NCBI GenBank assembly: GCA_037442105.1
Contig: JBBIQV010000004.1
Span: forward strand, 1 to 64,000
DNA length: 64,000 nt
Direction: 5' to 3'
From: Nitrospiraceae bacterium
GTDB lineage: Bacteria > Nitrospirota > Nitrospiria > Nitrospirales > Nitrospiraceae
Below the pieces are notes generated by a model. It did not search any database, was not told the DNA's origin, and saw only the letters and a list, made by a program, of their open reading frames with translations. The position numbers and the translations under genes are program-made. Below are positions 12,352 to 25,245 of the stretch, one piece after another; the stretch's first letter is position 1, and every line of letters starts with the position of its first letter.

Positions 12352-12723
12352 ATGCCAACGATCAATCAACTAGTGAGAAAAGGACGGAGCCTCGTCAAGG
12401 CCAAGACGAAGAGTCCCGCCTTGAAATCATGCCCCCAAAAACGGGGTGTGTGTCTTCGAGTCTATACGACGACGCCCAAAAAGCCGAACTCAGCGTTACG
12501 GAAAGTCGCGCGTGTTCGGTTGACGAACGGGATGGAAGTCACGACCTATATCCCAGGAGTCGGGCATAATTTGCAGGAGCACTCGATCGTCCTCGTGCGA
12601 GGCGGACGCGTGAAAGACCTGCCCGGCGTACGCTACCACATTGTCCGTGGATCGTTGGACGCGGTTGGTGTGGCGGATCGAAAGCAGGGGCGGTCCAAGT
12701 ATGGAGCCAAGCGACCTAAATAA
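12352..12723 (+). CDS. rpsL: 30S ribosomal protein S12
   Basis: [32 protein letters not shown]. Confidence 0.99.
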   Translation: MPTINQLVRKGRSLVKAKTKSPALKSCPQKRGVCLRVYTTTPKKPNSALRKVARVRLTNGMEVTTYIPGVGHNLQEHSIVLVRGGRVKDLPGVRYHIVRGSLDAVGVADRKQGRSKYGAKRPK

Positions 12724-12763
12724 GAGGAAGCTGATAGCTGATGCTATTAGCTGATAGCTACAG

Positions 12764-13234
12764 ATGCCGCGCAGTCAATTTTTTGGTCAACGCGAATCGT
12801 TACCGGATACACGCCATCGAGATAAGCTCGTCGGTAAGTTTATCAGTATCTTGATGGAGCATGGAAAGAAGAGTACGGCAGAGCGTATTTGCTACGGCGC
12901 GTTCGATCTGATTCAGGAAAAGACGGGCGGGGACGCGCTAAAGGTATTCCGTGCGGCGCTCGATAATGTGAAACCGATTGTGGAAGTGAAATCCCGGCGC
13001 GTGGGTGGGGCATCCTACCAGGTGCCAGTAGAAATACGGCCGAGTCGACGCTTGTCTCTGGCTTTGCGGTGGATTGCAGAGTACTCCAGGGCGCGAGGCG
13101 GTAAGAGCATGCACGAGAAGCTCGCGGCGGAGCTGCTGGACGCGTCGAACAATACAGGGGCTTCGGTTAAGAAACGGGAAGACGTGCATCGGATGGCTGA
13201 GGCCAACAAGGCCTTCGCCCATTATCGCTGGTAA
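12764..13234 (+). CDS. rpsG: 30S ribosomal protein S7
   Basis: [27 protein letters not shown]. Confidence 0.99.
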   Translation: MPRSQFFGQRESLPDTRHRDKLVGKFISILMEHGKKSTAERICYGAFDLIQEKTGGDALKVFRAALDNVKPIVEVKSRRVGGASYQVPVEIRPSRRLSLALRWIAEYSRARGGKSMHEKLAAELLDASNNTGASVKKREDVHRMAEANKAFAHYRW

Positions 13235-13348
13235 CGTCGTTCTGTGCTGCAGTCGGGCCGTGCTGCGCTCCGCAGGCGGATGCCCCCCCTGGGTCGCAGC
13301 AATGGGTAGAGGCTCGAACTGCAGCATCGTTTTTTTGTGGGGGATCAA

Positions 13349-15430
13349 GTGGCTCGCCAGGCTCCGTTAGAGCGGACTCGGAACATCGGCATCATGGCCC
13401 ACATCGATGCCGGGAAGACTACGACGACCGAGCGCATATTGTTCTATACCGGTATGACCCATAAGATGGGCGAGGTCCATGAAGGGGCCGCCACCATGGA
13501 CTGGATGGAGCAGGAGCGGGAGCGAGGTATCACGATCACGGCGGCGGCGACCACCTGCTTTTGGCGTGACCACCGGATTAATATTATCGATACTCCGGGG
13601 CATGTGGATTTTACGATTGAGGTGGAGCGGTCGCTTCGCGTGTTGGACGGGGCGGTGGCGGTGTTCGATTCGGTTCAAGGAGTGGAGCCGCAGTCGGAAA
13701 CGGTCTGGCGGCAAGCGGATAAGTACCGTGTGCCGCGGATTGCGTTTATGAACAAGATGGACCGAGTCGGCGCCGATTTTTACGCGAGCGTACAAACGAT
13801 GGTCGACCGATTAGGCGCAACACCCGTGCCGATTCAGGCCCCCATCGGTCGGGAGGCGGAATTCCGAGGGTCTGTCGATCTCGTTGCGATGAAGGCCTAC
13901 TTCTATGACGACGAAACCCTAGGGGCTAAGTATAAGATTGACGCGATCCCGGCCAACCTGGTTGACCAAGTGAAAGAATATCGAGAGAAGATGTTGGAGG
14001 CGGTGGCCGAGTTTGACGAACAAGTGCTGGAGAAGTATCTCAATGGCCAGTCGTTGAGCGAGGAGGAAATCCGCCGTGCAATTCGGGCCGGGACCATTAC
14101 GATGAAAGTAACGCCGATCCTGTGTGGGTCCGCTTTCAAAAATAAGGGAGTGCAGCAGTTGCTCGACGCTGTCGTGGACTACCTCCCATCCCCAGTGGAT
14201 ATTCCCGCTGTGACCGGAATTGATCCACATACCGGCAAGGAAGCGCAGCGTCGCCCTGCCGACAATGAACCCTTTGCGGCGCTGGCGTTCAAGATCATGT
14301 CGGACCCGTTCGCCGGCCAGTTGACATATTTCCGCGTCTACTCGGGAACGCTCAAGACCGGCTCGTCTGTGTTGAATGTTACCAAGGGCACCAAGGACCG
14401 CGTCGGGCGTTTGCTCAAGATGCACGCGAATAAGCGTGAGGACATCGATGCGGCTTACGCGGGCGACATCGTAGCGGCGGTGGGTCTGAAGGGGGCGACG
14501 ACCGGAGATACATTGGCTGAGGAAAAACAGCCGGTTCTTCTTGAGGTAATGAAATTCCCCGAGCCGGTGATCGCCATGGCGATTGAGCCTAAGACCAAGC
14601 AGGATCAGGAGAAGCTTGGTTTCTCCCTGCAGAAGTTGGCGCAGGAGGATCCTTCGTTCAGGGTGAGGACCGATGAAGAAACGGCTCAGACGATCATTGC
14701 CGGCATGGGAGAATTACACCTGGAGATCATCGTCGATCGCCTGCTTCGCGAATTCAAGGTTGAAGCGAACGTCGGGAAGCCGGAGGTCGCCTTCAGGGAG
14801 ACCATTCGCAAGAAGGCGGAGGCCGAGTCCAAGTATATCAAGCAAACTGGTGGTCGTGGCCAATATGGGCATGTAGTGTTGACGGTCGAGCCGGCCGAGT
14901 CCGGCAAGGGCCTTGAGTTCGTGAATAAGATTGTGGGGGGCGCCATTCCTAGGGAATACATTCCGGCGGTCGAAAAAGGCGTTAGGGAGCGGCTTGAGAC
15001 GGGAGTCGTTGCCGGATACCCGCTCCGCGACGTGCGCGTCACGTTGATCGACGGCTCGTACCACGAAGTAGACTCCAATGAGATGGCCTTCAAGATCGCC
15101 GCATCGATGGGTTTTGCCGATGCTTGCAAGAGAGCCGATCCGGTTCTGCTCGAGCCAATCATGAAGGTGGAGGTCCTGGTTCCGCAAGAATTCATGGGCG
15201 ATGTCATCGGCAACCTGAACGGGCGGCGCGGCAAGATTCAAGGCATGAAAGTGCGGGCTGGGTCGCAAGCGATTGAAGCCTCGGTCCCCTTGAGCGAAAT
15301 GTTCGGGTACGCCACCGATCTTCGTTCGCGGACGCAGGGGCGTGCTACCTATAGCATGGAGTTTGACCGATACGAGCAGGTACCTCGGCAGATCGCGGAG
15401 GGCATTATCGCCAAGTATCGAGGGGAATAA
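13349..15430 (+). CDS. fusA: Elongation factor G
   Basis: [33 protein letters not shown] start inferred. Confidence 0.99.
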   Translation: MARQAPLERTRNIGIMAHIDAGKTTTTERILFYTGMTHKMGEVHEGAATMDWMEQERERGITITAAATTCFWRDHRINIIDTPGHVDFTIEVERSLRVLDGAVAVFDSVQGVEPQSETVWRQADKYRVPRIAFMNKMDRVGADFYASVQTMVDRLGATPVPIQAPIGREAEFRGSVDLVAMKAYFYDDETLGAKYKIDAIPANLVDQVKEYREKMLEAVAEFDEQVLEKYLNGQSLSEEEIRRAIRAGTITMKVTPILCGSAFKNKGVQQLLDAVVDYLPSPVDIPAVTGIDPHTGKEAQRRPADNEPFAALAFKIMSDPFAGQLTYFRVYSGTLKTGSSVLNVTKGTKDRVGRLLKMHANKREDIDAAYAGDIVAAVGLKGATTGDTLAEEKQPVLLEVMKFPEPVIAMAIEPKTKQDQEKLGFSLQKLAQEDPSFRVRTDEETAQTIIAGMGELHLEIIVDRLLREFKVEANVGKPEVAFRETIRKKAEAESKYIKQTGGRGQYGHVVLTVEPAESGKGLEFVNKIVGGAIPREYIPAVEKGVRERLETGVVAGYPLRDVRVTLIDGSYHEVDSNEMAFKIAASMGFADACKRADPVLLEPIMKVEVLVPQEFMGDVIGNLNGRRGKIQGMKVRAGSQAIEASVPLSEMFGYATDLRSRTQGRATYSMEFDRYEQVPRQIAEGIIAKYRGE

Positions 15431-15434
15431 GGTG

Positions 15435-15527
15435 GGCAGCGGACGGGACATCCCCCGTGCTCGCAGAGCCCGCACTTCAGAAAGTGCTCGCTCGATGCGC
15501 GCAGTCGGAGGTATCGCGACCGCTGCC
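15435..15527 (+). repeat. Structured intergenic hairpin element, copy 1
   Basis: Core GTGCTCGCAGAGCCCGCACTTCAGAAAGTGCTCGCTCGATGCGCGCAGT within outer stem GGCAGCGG/CCGCTGCC. Confidence 0.85.
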
Positions 15528-15564
15528 GGAACGAGGGGAAGAAGAAGCAGGGGAGGGAACGGGT

Positions 15565-16770
<1,206 letters not shown>

Positions 16771-16807
16771 AGCTGAGAGCTGTCAGCTGACAGCTTGGGA
16801 GTGAAGT

Positions 16808-17119
16808 GTGAAAGTGGATCAACGAATCAGGATCAGGCTCCGGGGATTTGACTATCGGGTGCTGGACCAATCGGTAGCCGAAATCGTCGAGACCGTGCGC
16901 CGAAGCGGGGCGAAGGTGGTGGGGCCGATCCCGCTGCCGACCAAGATCGAAAAATTTACGGTGCAGCGGTCGACGCACGTGGATAAGAAATCGAGAGAGC
17001 AGTTCGAGATCCGCACGCACAAGCGTCTGCTGGATATTATGGAGCCTACGCCAGAAACGATGGACTCGCTTATGAAGTTGAATTTGGCGGCCGGCGTGGA
17101 CGTGGAAATAAAGCTGTGA
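16808..17119 (+). CDS. rpsJ: 30S ribosomal protein S10
   Basis: [20 protein letters not shown]. Confidence 0.98.
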   Translation: MKVDQRIRIRLRGFDYRVLDQSVAEIVETVRRSGAKVVGPIPLPTKIEKFTVQRSTHVDKKSREQFEIRTHKRLLDIMEPTPETMDSLMKLNLAAGVDVEIKL

Positions 17120-17173
17120 GCAGTCAGCCATCAGCTGTCAGCTGAGAGCTAAAAGCTTGATGACGAGCTAATC

Positions 17174-17794
17174 ATGACCGACGGATTGCTGGGCAAAAAA
17201 CTGGGAATGACCCAAGTCTATGACGAGAGCCGGCTGACGCCGGTAACGGTGATCGAGGCTGGCCCCTGCCGTGTGGTGACCGTCCGGACTCGTGAGCGGG
17301 ATGGGTATGAAGCGGTTCAGCTTGCGTTCGGCGAGACGGTGGAGCGCAAGCTCTCGAAAGCCGAACGCGGGCACCTCAAGAAGCATGAGGTGCCGCCGAG
17401 TCGTTGGCTTCGCGAGTTCAGAAAACTGGGCGATGTTACGGTCGGGCAATCGGTCAAGGCTGACATCTTCAAGAAGGGCGATTGGGTCGATGTGGTAGGG
17501 GTGTCGAAGGGGAAGGGCTATCAGGGTGTGGTGAAGCGGCATCACTATGCAGGCGGTCCAGAATCTCACGGATCGATGTTCCATCGCGCACCCGGCTCAA
17601 TCGGCAGTAGCGCCTTTCCCTCGCGGGTGTGGAAAGGGAAGACGCTTCCTGGTCATATGGGGGCGGAGCGTGTCACGGTTCAGCGGCTCAAAGTGATTGA
17701 ATCGCGTCCGGAAGAGAACCTCCTCTTTGTTCGAGGAGCAGTTCCCGGGGCGGATAATGGGTTGGTACTCGTTCGAAAATCGAAGAAGGCTTAA
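17174..17794 (+). CDS. rplC: 50S ribosomal protein L3
   Basis: GKKLGMTQ, SKGKGYQGVVKRH. Confidence 0.98.
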   Translation: MTDGLLGKKLGMTQVYDESRLTPVTVIEAGPCRVVTVRTRERDGYEAVQLAFGETVERKLSKAERGHLKKHEVPPSRWLREFRKLGDVTVGQSVKADIFKKGDWVDVVGVSKGKGYQGVVKRHHYAGGPESHGSMFHRAPGSIGSSAFPSRVWKGKTLPGHMGAERVTVQRLKVIESRPEENLLFVRGAVPGADNGLVLVRKSKKA

Positions 17795-17797
17795 GGC

Positions 17798-18421
17798 ATG
17801 CCCACGGTTGATGTTGTCGATTTGAAGATGTCCAAGGTCGGTTCGGTCGAGCTTCCCGCGGCGGTGTTCGGCTGTAAGCCGCACGCGGTATTGGTTCATG
17901 AGGCCGTGGTGATGCAGCGTGCATGCGAGCGACAGGGTACCGCCTCGACGTTGCGCCGTGGCGAGGTGAGCGGATCGGGCAAGAAGCCATGGAAGCAAAA
18001 GCACACGGGCCGAGCTCGCGCGGGGTCTACGCGCTCCCCTGTTTGGAGGCATGGTGGTTCCGTGTTCGGGCCCAAGCCGCGTAGCTACGCAGTGTCGATG
18101 CCCAAGCAGAAATATCGGGCTGCGCTCCAGAGTGCCTTGTCGGCCAAGCTGGCAGCAGGCGAAGTGGTGATCGTGTCAGATTTGGCGCTTGAGCAGCCGA
18201 AAACCAAGTTGTTGGCGAAAGCGCTGGCACAGCTTGGTGTGTCGGGGCGTGCGGTGGTGGTGGCGGGAGAAGGGCGGTCCGATCTGAAGCAGGCGGCCAG
18301 GAATCTGTCCAAAGTGAAAGTGGTGGGACCGGAACACCTCAACGTCTACGACGTGCTTTGCGCTCATTCGATCGTCATTCCGGAGCGGGAACTTGCTCGG
18401 GTGAGGGAGGCGTGGGCATGA
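17798..18421 (+). CDS. rplD: 50S ribosomal protein L4
   Basis: KKPWKQKHTGRARAGS. Confidence 0.98.
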   Translation: MPTVDVVDLKMSKVGSVELPAAVFGCKPHAVLVHEAVVMQRACERQGTASTLRRGEVSGSGKKPWKQKHTGRARAGSTRSPVWRHGGSVFGPKPRSYAVSMPKQKYRAALQSALSAKLAAGEVVIVSDLALEQPKTKLLAKALAQLGVSGRAVVVAGEGRSDLKQAARNLSKVKVVGPEHLNVYDVLCAHSIVIPERELARVREAWA

Positions 18422-18711
18422 AACGCGATCTGCATGACGTGCTGATCCAGCCTCTACTGACCGAGAAAATCACCGCGATGCGGGAGCAGGGTAATAAAGT
18501 GGGGTTCCTGGTTCGGAGTAGTGCGAACCGGATCCAAATTAAGCGGGCTGTTGAGGCGCTGCTCAAGGTCAAAGTTGATCGGGTGAATGTCATGAACGTG
18601 ACTGGAAAGATGAAGCGGCTTGGGCGCTTTGCGGGAAGGCGACCGGATTGGAAGAAGGCGCTGGTTACGTTGAAGGAAGGCGAGAAGCTGGAGTTGTACG
18701 AAAGCGCGTAG
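18418..18711 (+). CDS. rplW: 50S ribosomal protein L23
   Basis: PLLTEK, WKKALVTL; ATG overlaps rplD stop. Confidence 0.97.
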   Translation: MKRDLHDVLIQPLLTEKITAMREQGNKVGFLVRSSANRIQIKRAVEALLKVKVDRVNVMNVTGKMKRLGRFAGRRPDWKKALVTLKEGEKLELYESA

Positions 18712-18715
18712 GGCA

Positions 18716-18805
18716 GGGCTGACCGAGCCGTCTTTGTGCTCGCGGAGCCCCCACTTCGGAAAGTGGTCGCTCGACGCGCGCAGTGAAAGCCGGCTCGGTC
18801 AACCC
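18716..18805 (+). repeat. Structured intergenic hairpin element, copy 2
   Basis: Core GTGCTCGCGGAGCCCCCACTTCGGAAAGTGGTCGCTCGACGCGCGCAGT within outer stem TGACCGAGCCG/CGGCTCGGTCA. Confidence 0.85.
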
Positions 18806-18831
18806 CGCTCGGAGGGGTGAGGGAAAAAGAA

Positions 18832-19656
18832 ATGGGACTGAAAGCCTACAGACCAACGACGCCGGGACGGCGCGGCATGACGGCGGTGAGTGGGGAAGAA
18901 CTGGCGAAAAAGCGTCCTGAAAAAGGGTTGGTCAAGTTCCATCTTCGCTCCGGCGGTCGGAATAATGACGGTCGCATGACCGTTCGTTTCCGCGGAGGAG
19001 GGCACAAGCGCCTCTATCGGGTGATTGACTTCCGGCGAGACAAGATCGGGATTCCCGCTCGTGTAGTCGCGCTTGAGTATGACCCGAATCGCTCCGCGCG
19101 GATCGCATTACTCCACTATGCGGATGGCGAGAAACGCTACATTTTGGCTCCGGTTGGGTTGAGCCTGAAAGACCTAGTACAGTCGGGACCGGATGCTGAG
19201 GTGCGTACGGGCAATGCGCTGCCGCTAGCCAATATGCCACTGGGTACCACGATTCACAACCTCGAGCTGAAGCCCGGCAAGGGCGGGCAACTGATCCGCA
19301 GCGCAGGTGGTTTTGCGCAGGTAATGGGGCGTGATGGCGATTATGTCCAGGTACGATTAAAGTCCGGGGAGATGCGGCGCATTTTGGCGACCTGCATGGC
19401 CACCGTAGGGCAAGTGGGGAATCTTGATCACGAGAACATCACGGTCGGCAAAGCAGGACGCTCGCGGTGGAAAGGGTGGCGAGGGCATGTGCGGGGCGTT
19501 GTAATGAATCCTGTTGATCATCCGCATGGTGGGGGGGAGGGAAAATCCGGCCAAGGGAATCCGCATCCGGTTTCTCCGTGGGGACTGCCTACCAAGGGAT
19601 ATAAGACGCGGCAAAACAAGGCCACGGACAAATTCATCATCACCCGTCGGAAATAG
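18832..19656 (+). CDS. rplB: 50S ribosomal protein L2
   Basis: [25 protein letters not shown]. Confidence 0.99.
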   Translation: MGLKAYRPTTPGRRGMTAVSGEELAKKRPEKGLVKFHLRSGGRNNDGRMTVRFRGGGHKRLYRVIDFRRDKIGIPARVVALEYDPNRSARIALLHYADGEKRYILAPVGLSLKDLVQSGPDAEVRTGNALPLANMPLGTTIHNLELKPGKGGQLIRSAGGFAQVMGRDGDYVQVRLKSGEMRRILATCMATVGQVGNLDHENITVGKAGRSRWKGWRGHVRGVVMNPVDHPHGGGEGKSGQGNPHPVSPWGLPTKGYKTRQNKATDKFIITRRK

Positions 19657-19665
19657 GAGCGAGGT

Positions 19666-19953
19666 ATGCCGAGATCTATTACGAAGGGACCATTTGTGGA
19701 TGACCATCTGCTGAAGAAAGTGGAGCAGATGAATCAAACGAAAGACCGGAAGATTATCAAGACCTGGTCTCGGCGTTCCACGGTTGTTCCGGAAATGATA
19801 GGTCATACCCTGGCCGTCCACAACGGGAAGAAGTTTATTCCTGTGTTCGTGACGGAGAATATGGTGGGGCACAAACTGGGAGAGTTTGCTCCTACCCGAT
19901 TCTTCAAAGGACATGGACAAGCCAAGACGGAAAAGGCTGTGGCATTGAAGTAG
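19666..19953 (+). CDS. rpsS: 30S ribosomal protein S19
   Basis: [18 protein letters not shown]. Confidence 0.98.
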   Translation: MPRSITKGPFVDDHLLKKVEQMNQTKDRKIIKTWSRRSTVVPEMIGHTLAVHNGKKFIPVFVTENMVGHKLGEFAPTRFFKGHGQAKTEKAVALK

Positions 19954-20048
19954 AGCGTGATTGTCAATGGTCAATCGTCAATCGTGAAAAAGATGATGAG
20001 GTGAGCGAGCAACTGACGTTTAACGAATGACGGTGACGGAGTTTGAGA

Positions 20049-20402
20049 ATGGCTGAAGCGAAAGCAATATTGAGATTTGTGCGAGTGGCGCCGCGGAAGG
20101 CTCGAGTGGTCGTCGACTTGATTCGCGGGCAGCAAGTTCCCAAGGCAGTGGCCATGTTGCGACACACGCCGCGGAACGCGGCGAAGGTCGTGGCAAAGGT
20201 GTTGCGCTCGGCTGTCGCCAACGCCGAGCAGAAGGAAATGGGCGATAGCGACTCGATGTGGGTTTCGAAAGCGTTTGTGGACTGCGGTCCGACGTATAAA
20301 CGTTTCCGGGCCCGCTCGATGGGGCGCGCCAATTCGATCCATAAGCGAACCAGTCACATTACAATTATCGTGGCGGCGCCGCCGGCGGGGAGCGGCAAGT
20401 AG
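20049..20402 (+). CDS. rplV: 50S ribosomal protein L22
   Basis: [20 protein letters not shown]. Confidence 0.98.
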   Translation: MAEAKAILRFVRVAPRKARVVVDLIRGQQVPKAVAMLRHTPRNAAKVVAKVLRSAVANAEQKEMGDSDSMWVSKAFVDCGPTYKRFRARSMGRANSIHKRTSHITIIVAAPPAGSGK

Positions 20403-20456
20403 CGGTCGACCGGCGCAAGAAAGAATTTCTCTCTAACATCCTAAGGCGGCTCTAGC

Positions 20457-21128
20457 ATGGGTCAAAAAACACATCCAGTTGGCTATCGACTCGGCTACAA
20501 CTACACGTGGAGTTCTCGTTGGTTTGCGGGGAAGGACTATGCCCGCCTCCTGCACCAAGACATCAAGATTCGGAGGATGGTCAAGGCGAAGCTCTATCAT
20601 GCCGGCGTCGCGAAGGTGGAAATCGAACGGTCGGGGGATCAGACGCGCGTCATCATCCATACCGCCCGCCCCGGGATCATCATCGGACGAAAGGGTGCTG
20701 AGGTCGACAAGTTGAAGGCGACACTCGAGAAAGAATATGCCGGGCAAGTCTACATAACTGTAAAAGAGATCAAGAAGCCTGAGCTGGATGCGCAACTGGT
20801 GAGCGAGAATATCGCGACACAATTGGAAAAGCGCGTGGCGTTCAGGCGGGCCATGAAGCGAAGCGTGCAGTCCGCTCTTCGTCTCGGAGCGCAGGGGATC
20901 AAGATTATGGTGGCCGGTCGCTTGGGCGGGGCGGAAATTGCGCGAACCGAATGGTATCGAGAGGGTCGCGTGCCCCTTCATACTCTGCGCGCCGAAGTGG
21001 ACTACGGCTTTGCGGAGGCTCGTACGACGATGGGACAGATCGGGGTGAAGGCCTGGATCTACAAAGGGGAGATTTTGCCGGCTCTGCATCAGAAGGCGGA
21101 TTTGGGGTTCGATCGGTTGGTCGTCTAG
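20457..21128 (+). CDS. rpsC: 30S ribosomal protein S3
   Basis: [27 protein letters not shown]. Confidence 0.98.
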   Translation: MGQKTHPVGYRLGYNYTWSSRWFAGKDYARLLHQDIKIRRMVKAKLYHAGVAKVEIERSGDQTRVIIHTARPGIIIGRKGAEVDKLKATLEKEYAGQVYITVKEIKKPELDAQLVSENIATQLEKRVAFRRAMKRSVQSALRLGAQGIKIMVAGRLGGAEIARTEWYREGRVPLHTLRAEVDYGFAEARTTMGQIGVKAWIYKGEILPALHQKADLGFDRLVV

Positions 21129-21144
21129 GGGGAACGAGGGATCT

Positions 21145-21558
21145 GTGCTCGCACCGAAAAAAGTCAAGTTTCGTAAAATGCAAAAAGGTCGGATGCGCGG
21201 AAAGGCGTATCGTGGAGGCCAGATCACGCTCGGCGAATTTGGGCTCAAGGCCATGGAGCCTGGGTGGGTTACAAGCCGGCAGATTGAGGCAGCTCGGATC
21301 GCAATTACACGCTATGTCAAGCGCGGCGGGCAGGTCTGGACGAGAATTTTTCCTGACAAGCCTATTACTAAAAAGCCTGCGGAGACGCGTATGGGTAAGG
21401 GAAAAGGGAATCCTGAATATTGGGTGGCAGTCGTTAAGCCGGGCCGTATCCTCTATGAAATGGATGGCGTCACGCCTGCGGTTGCTCAAGAAGCCTTCAG
21501 GCTGGCGGCACACAAGTTGCCGGTGGAGACCCGGTTCGTGTCACGCAGCGAGTTTTAG
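21145..21558 (+). CDS. rplP: 50S ribosomal protein L16
   Basis: RQIEAAR, RMGKGKG. Confidence 0.98.
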   Translation: MLAPKKVKFRKMQKGRMRGKAYRGGQITLGEFGLKAMEPGWVTSRQIEAARIAITRYVKRGGQVWTRIFPDKPITKKPAETRMGKGKGNPEYWVAVVKPGRILYEMDGVTPAVAQEAFRLAAHKLPVETRFVSRSEF

Positions 21559-21595
21559 TGGCCTAGTTGTTGTTGCACGTGGGTGAGATAGAAGC

Positions 21596-21817
21596 ATGGA
21601 CGTGAAAGAGTTGCGACAGTTGACGGCGCCGGAGTTGGCGGAGAAAGCAAGTCAGCTCAAGCAAGAGTTGTTTAATCTTCGGTTCCAATTGGGAACCGGG
21701 CGTCTCGAGAACCCGATGCAGATTCGCAGGGCCAAACGCAACCTCGCGCAGGTCAAGACAGTGCTACGGCAGGTTGAGCTGGCCGCAGCAGGCGCGGCGT
21801 CTCAAGGCAAGGGATAA
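21596..21817 (+). CDS. rpmC: 50S ribosomal protein L29
   Basis: [10 protein letters not shown], position in S10 operon. Confidence 0.97.
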   Translation: MDVKELRQLTAPELAEKASQLKQELFNLRFQLGTGRLENPMQIRRAKRNLAQVKTVLRQVELAAAGAASQGKG

Positions 21818-21822
21818 GGATT

Positions 21823-22089
21823 ATGGCAGAAGTCGAGAGCAAGCGGCACGAGTTGGTCGGGCGGGTCGTGAGCGACAAGATGGACAAGACTGTGGTGGTG
21901 GCGGTCGAACGCTCGGTAATCCATCCGATGTATCGGAAGGTGTTGCGGCGCATCACGAAGCTTAAAGCGCACGATGAGCAGAACGGGTGTAAGGTCGGGG
22001 ATCGGGTACGGTTGATCGAAACGAGGCCGATCAGTAAACAGAAACATTTCCGGGTTGTGGAGATTCTGGAGAAAGGCCGGGTGAGCTAG
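21823..22089 (+). CDS. rpsQ: 30S ribosomal protein S17
   Basis: [18 protein letters not shown]. Confidence 0.98.
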   Translation: MAEVESKRHELVGRVVSDKMDKTVVVAVERSVIHPMYRKVLRRITKLKAHDEQNGCKVGDRVRLIETRPISKQKHFRVVEILEKGRVS

Positions 22090-22131
22090 CATGTTCCTCC
22101 GGCGATAGTTGAGACGCGGGGCAGTCGCTTT

Positions 22132-22500
22132 ATGATTCAGAACTATACCTACATGGATGTGGCAGATAACTCCGGCGCAAAGCAGGTGATGTGTTTCCAT
22201 GTCCTCGGCGGGTCTAAGCGGCGATATGGGTCGTTGGGCGATGTTGTGGTGGTGGCGGTGAAGGAAGCGATTCCTCAGGCGACGGTTAAGAAGGGGGATG
22301 TCAGCCGAGCCGTCATCGTCCGAACGACGAAGGGGGTCCGGCGCGACGACGGGTCCTATATCAAGTTCGATCGGAATGCCTGCGTCTTGATCAATGCGCA
22401 AGGGGAGCCGATCGGCACTCGTATCTTCGGTCCGGTCGCGCGTGAACTGCGGTGGAAGAAATTCATGAAGATCATTTCTCTGGCGCCGGAAGTGCTCTGA
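22132..22500 (+). CDS. rplN: 50S ribosomal protein L14
   Basis: [20 protein letters not shown]. Confidence 0.99.
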   Translation: MIQNYTYMDVADNSGAKQVMCFHVLGGSKRRYGSLGDVVVVAVKEAIPQATVKKGDVSRAVIVRTTKGVRRDDGSYIKFDRNACVLINAQGEPIGTRIFGPVARELRWKKFMKIISLAPEVL

Positions 22501-22523
22501 GCAATGGCTAGGTGAGCGGGGAC

Positions 22524-22853
22524 ATGCAGACAATGCACAAGAGTAAGATTCGGAAGGGCGATACGGTCGTGGTCATTGCCGGACGTGAGCGCGGCAAATC
22601 CGGTAAGGTGTTATCCGTCAATCCGGCCGAGGGGACGGTCGTGGTGGAGAAGCTCAATATCATCAAGCGCCACACAAAGCCGAATCAAAAAATAAAGCAG
22701 GGCGGCATCATCGAACGAGAAGCGCCGCTCGCCGTGTCGAACGTCATGTTTCTGTGTCCGGTGACCAGGAAGCCAACCAGGATTGGGGTCCGGCGCCTAG
22801 AGGATGGGCGGCTAGCCCGGTTCAGTAAGAAGTCGAAAGAACTCGTCGAATAG
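22524..22853 (+). CDS. rplX: 50S ribosomal protein L24
   Basis: KGDTVVVIAGRERGK; exact start uncertain (22512/22524/22533). Confidence 0.96.
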   Translation: MQTMHKSKIRKGDTVVVIAGRERGKSGKVLSVNPAEGTVVVEKLNIIKRHTKPNQKIKQGGIIEREAPLAVSNVMFLCPVTRKPTRIGVRRLEDGRLARFSKKSKELVE

Positions 22854-22871
22854 GGGTGAGGTAGAGCGGAG

Positions 22872-23528
22872 ATGGCCAAGGTCGAAAAAGGACGGGGCGG
22901 GAAAGTCGGCGAAAAGAAAACGTCTCCTAAGAAGGAGGCTGCTGCCCATGACGCGACCGCCGAAGAGTCCGTGAGCGAGGCTTCTGTCCAGCCGCGCCTT
23001 CGTGATACGTATCGGCAGCAGGTCGTGCCAGTGCTCATGAAGGAGTTCGGGTACAAGAATCTGATGCAGGTACCGAGGCTGCAATGCATCGTGCTGAATG
23101 TTGGGATGGGTGAGGCGATTCAAAACGTGAAGTTGCTCGAAAGCGCGGTTTCCGAGTTGGGCACGATTACCGGTCAGCGTCCGATTATTACGCGGGCAAA
23201 GAAGGCAATCGCCGGATTCAAACTGCGGCAGGGCATGCCCATCGGCGCCAAGGTCACCTTGCGCAGCCGGCGGATGTATGAGTTCTTCGACCGACTCGTG
23301 AGCACCGCCTTGCCGCGTATTCGCGATTTTCGCGGAGTGTCCCCGAAGGCTTTCGACGGGCGAGGGAACTATACGTTGGGGTTGAAGGAGCAATTGATCT
23401 TCCCTGAAATCAAGTACGATAACGTGGCCTCGATTCACGGAATGGATATCACGATCGTGACTACTGCGAGGACAAACGACGAGGGGAAGGCGTTGCTGAA
23501 ACATCTAGGCATGCCGTTCCGAACCTAG
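22872..23528 (+). CDS. rplE: 50S ribosomal protein L5 (with ~38-aa N-terminal extension)
   Basis: [21 protein letters not shown]. Confidence 0.98.
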   Translation: MAKVEKGRGGKVGEKKTSPKKEAAAHDATAEESVSEASVQPRLRDTYRQQVVPVLMKEFGYKNLMQVPRLQCIVLNVGMGEAIQNVKLLESAVSELGTITGQRPIITRAKKAIAGFKLRQGMPIGAKVTLRSRRMYEFFDRLVSTALPRIRDFRGVSPKAFDGRGNYTLGLKEQLIFPEIKYDNVASIHGMDITIVTTARTNDEGKALLKHLGMPFRT

Positions 23529-23581
23529 CTAAGGTGGAGTCCGGCCGGAGTCGGCGCGATCTGAGAAAAAAAGGAGCACGA

Positions 23582-23767
23582 GTGGCGCGGTTAGCACTGA
23601 AGAACAAGGCGGCGGTAAAACCAAAATTCACGGCCAGGCAGTACAATCGCTGTCCGCTGTGCGGGCGAGTACGGGGGTTTCTGCGGCGCTTTCGCATGTG
23701 CAGGATCTGTTTCCGCTTCCTGAGCCTTCGTGGAGAAATCCCGGGAGTGCGGAAGGCGAGCTGGTAA
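23582..23767 (+). CDS. rpsN: 30S ribosomal protein S14, type Z (61 aa, Zn-binding)
   Basis: GTG start after AAGGAG; RCPLCGR...MCRICFR. Confidence 0.96.
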   Translation: MARLALKNKAAVKPKFTARQYNRCPLCGRVRGFLRRFRMCRICFRFLSLRGEIPGVRKASW

Positions 23768-23840
23768 GGGGGCTGGCGAGATCGAGAGCGGATGTGTGTG
23801 CGGAGCTCACGATTGATCTAGGAGGTTGTGAAAAGCAGGT

Positions 23841-24236
23841 ATGGTTACTGATCCCATCGCTGATCTCTTGATTCGACTGCAGAACGGCGCGCGGCGCCGC
23901 CATGATGTGGTGTCTGTTCCTGCTTCGAAGTTGAAGCGTAACATCCTGCAGATTCTGCAAGCCGAGGGGTACATTCAGGGGATCGAGGACAGTGTCGAGA
24001 ATGACCATCCGGTCTTGCGCGTGAAGCTCCGGTACGTCGGAGAGGATCAGCCCATGATCACTGGGATGCGGCGCATCAGCAAGCCAGGTCGCCGGGTTTA
24101 CGTCGGCAGCCGTGATGTACCGAGGGTTCAAAATGGGATCGGACTGTCCATCTTGTCCACGTCGAAAGGGCTGATGACCGATCAGGAGTCGCGGCGGGCT
24201 GGTTTGGGCGGCGAGGTGCTCTGCGCAGTGTGGTAA
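23841..24236 (+). CDS. rpsH: 30S ribosomal protein S8
   Basis: DPIADLL, SKPGRRVY, GGEVLC. Confidence 0.98.
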   Translation: MVTDPIADLLIRLQNGARRRHDVVSVPASKLKRNILQILQAEGYIQGIEDSVENDHPVLRVKLRYVGEDQPMITGMRRISKPGRRVYVGSRDVPRVQNGIGLSILSTSKGLMTDQESRRAGLGGEVLCAVW

Positions 24237-24308
24237 CGCATTTTCTCGTGACGGCGATTGTCGGCAGGGAGTGGGTCGTAGGAAGTTGGTTTCAGGAGTC
24301 GAGGAGTC

Positions 24309-24845
24309 ATGTCGCGCATAGGACGAAAACCCATTGCGATTCCCAGCGGGGTCGAGGTGAAGGTCGCTGATCGGTTCGTGTCGGTCAAGGGGCCGTTAGG
24401 GAAATTGGATTGGCCGATCGCCACGGGAATCAGCGTGGCCGTGGATAAGGGGCAGGTTCAGGTGTCTCGATCGGATGATGATCGGAAAGTCAGAGCCCTG
24501 CACGGGTTGGTTCGCGCCGAGCTCAATAATATGGTTCATGGTGTCACTAAGGGGTACGAACGGTCCCTAGAGATTACGGGTGTCGGCTATAAGGCTCAGG
24601 TGCAGGGGAGGGTGATGAGCTTCAATGTGGGGTATATCAATCCTGTTATCTTCAATATTCCACAAGGCATTGAAGTAAAGGTGGATAAACAAACTTTGAT
24701 CACGATCCGCGGAGCGGACAAGCGGCTTGTTGGGCAGGTAGCCGCCAATCTCCGGGCGATCAAACCGCCAGACGTCTATAAGCAAAAAGGGATCCGGTAC
24801 GTCGGGGAAGTGTTGAGAAAGAAGGAAGGGAAGACCGGAAAGTAG
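24309..24845 (+). CDS. rplF: 50S ribosomal protein L6
   Basis: MSRIGRKPI, PPDVYKQKGIRY. Confidence 0.98.
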   Translation: MSRIGRKPIAIPSGVEVKVADRFVSVKGPLGKLDWPIATGISVAVDKGQVQVSRSDDDRKVRALHGLVRAELNNMVHGVTKGYERSLEITGVGYKAQVQGRVMSFNVGYINPVIFNIPQGIEVKVDKQTLITIRGADKRLVGQVAANLRAIKPPDVYKQKGIRYVGEVLRKKEGKTGK

Positions 24846-24848
24846 GGG

Positions 24849-25220
24849 ATGGCGATGAATAGTGCGGAAAAATCTCGTCAACTGCAGCGACGGAAACGAC
24901 GAGTTCGCCAGCGAATCTTTGGCACGCCGGAGCGACCGAGACTGAATGTCTTCCGCAGCCGGGCGCATATCTACGCGCAGATTATCGATGATGTGAAGGG
25001 GACGACGCTGGCGGCCGCCTCAACCTTGGATAAGACGTTGCGGACATCGCTCAAATCAAGTGGGACGATCGAAGCCGCCAAAGCCGTGGGTAAGCTCCTG
25101 GCTGAACGCGCCAAGGCTGCCAGGGTGCAGACGGTGGTGTTTGACCGTGGAGGGCGTCTCTATCACGGACGGGTCAAAGCCCTGGCGGAAGCGTCCCGTG
25201 AAAGCGGGCTCCAATTTTAG
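24849..25220 (+). CDS. rplR: 50S ribosomal protein L18
   Basis: [21 protein letters not shown]. Confidence 0.98.
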   Translation: MAMNSAEKSRQLQRRKRRVRQRIFGTPERPRLNVFRSRAHIYAQIIDDVKGTTLAAASTLDKTLRTSLKSSGTIEAAKAVGKLLAERAKAARVQTVVFDRGGRLYHGRVKALAEASRESGLQF

Positions 25221-25245
25221 TCGGCTGTAAGAGGAGAATTACTGC

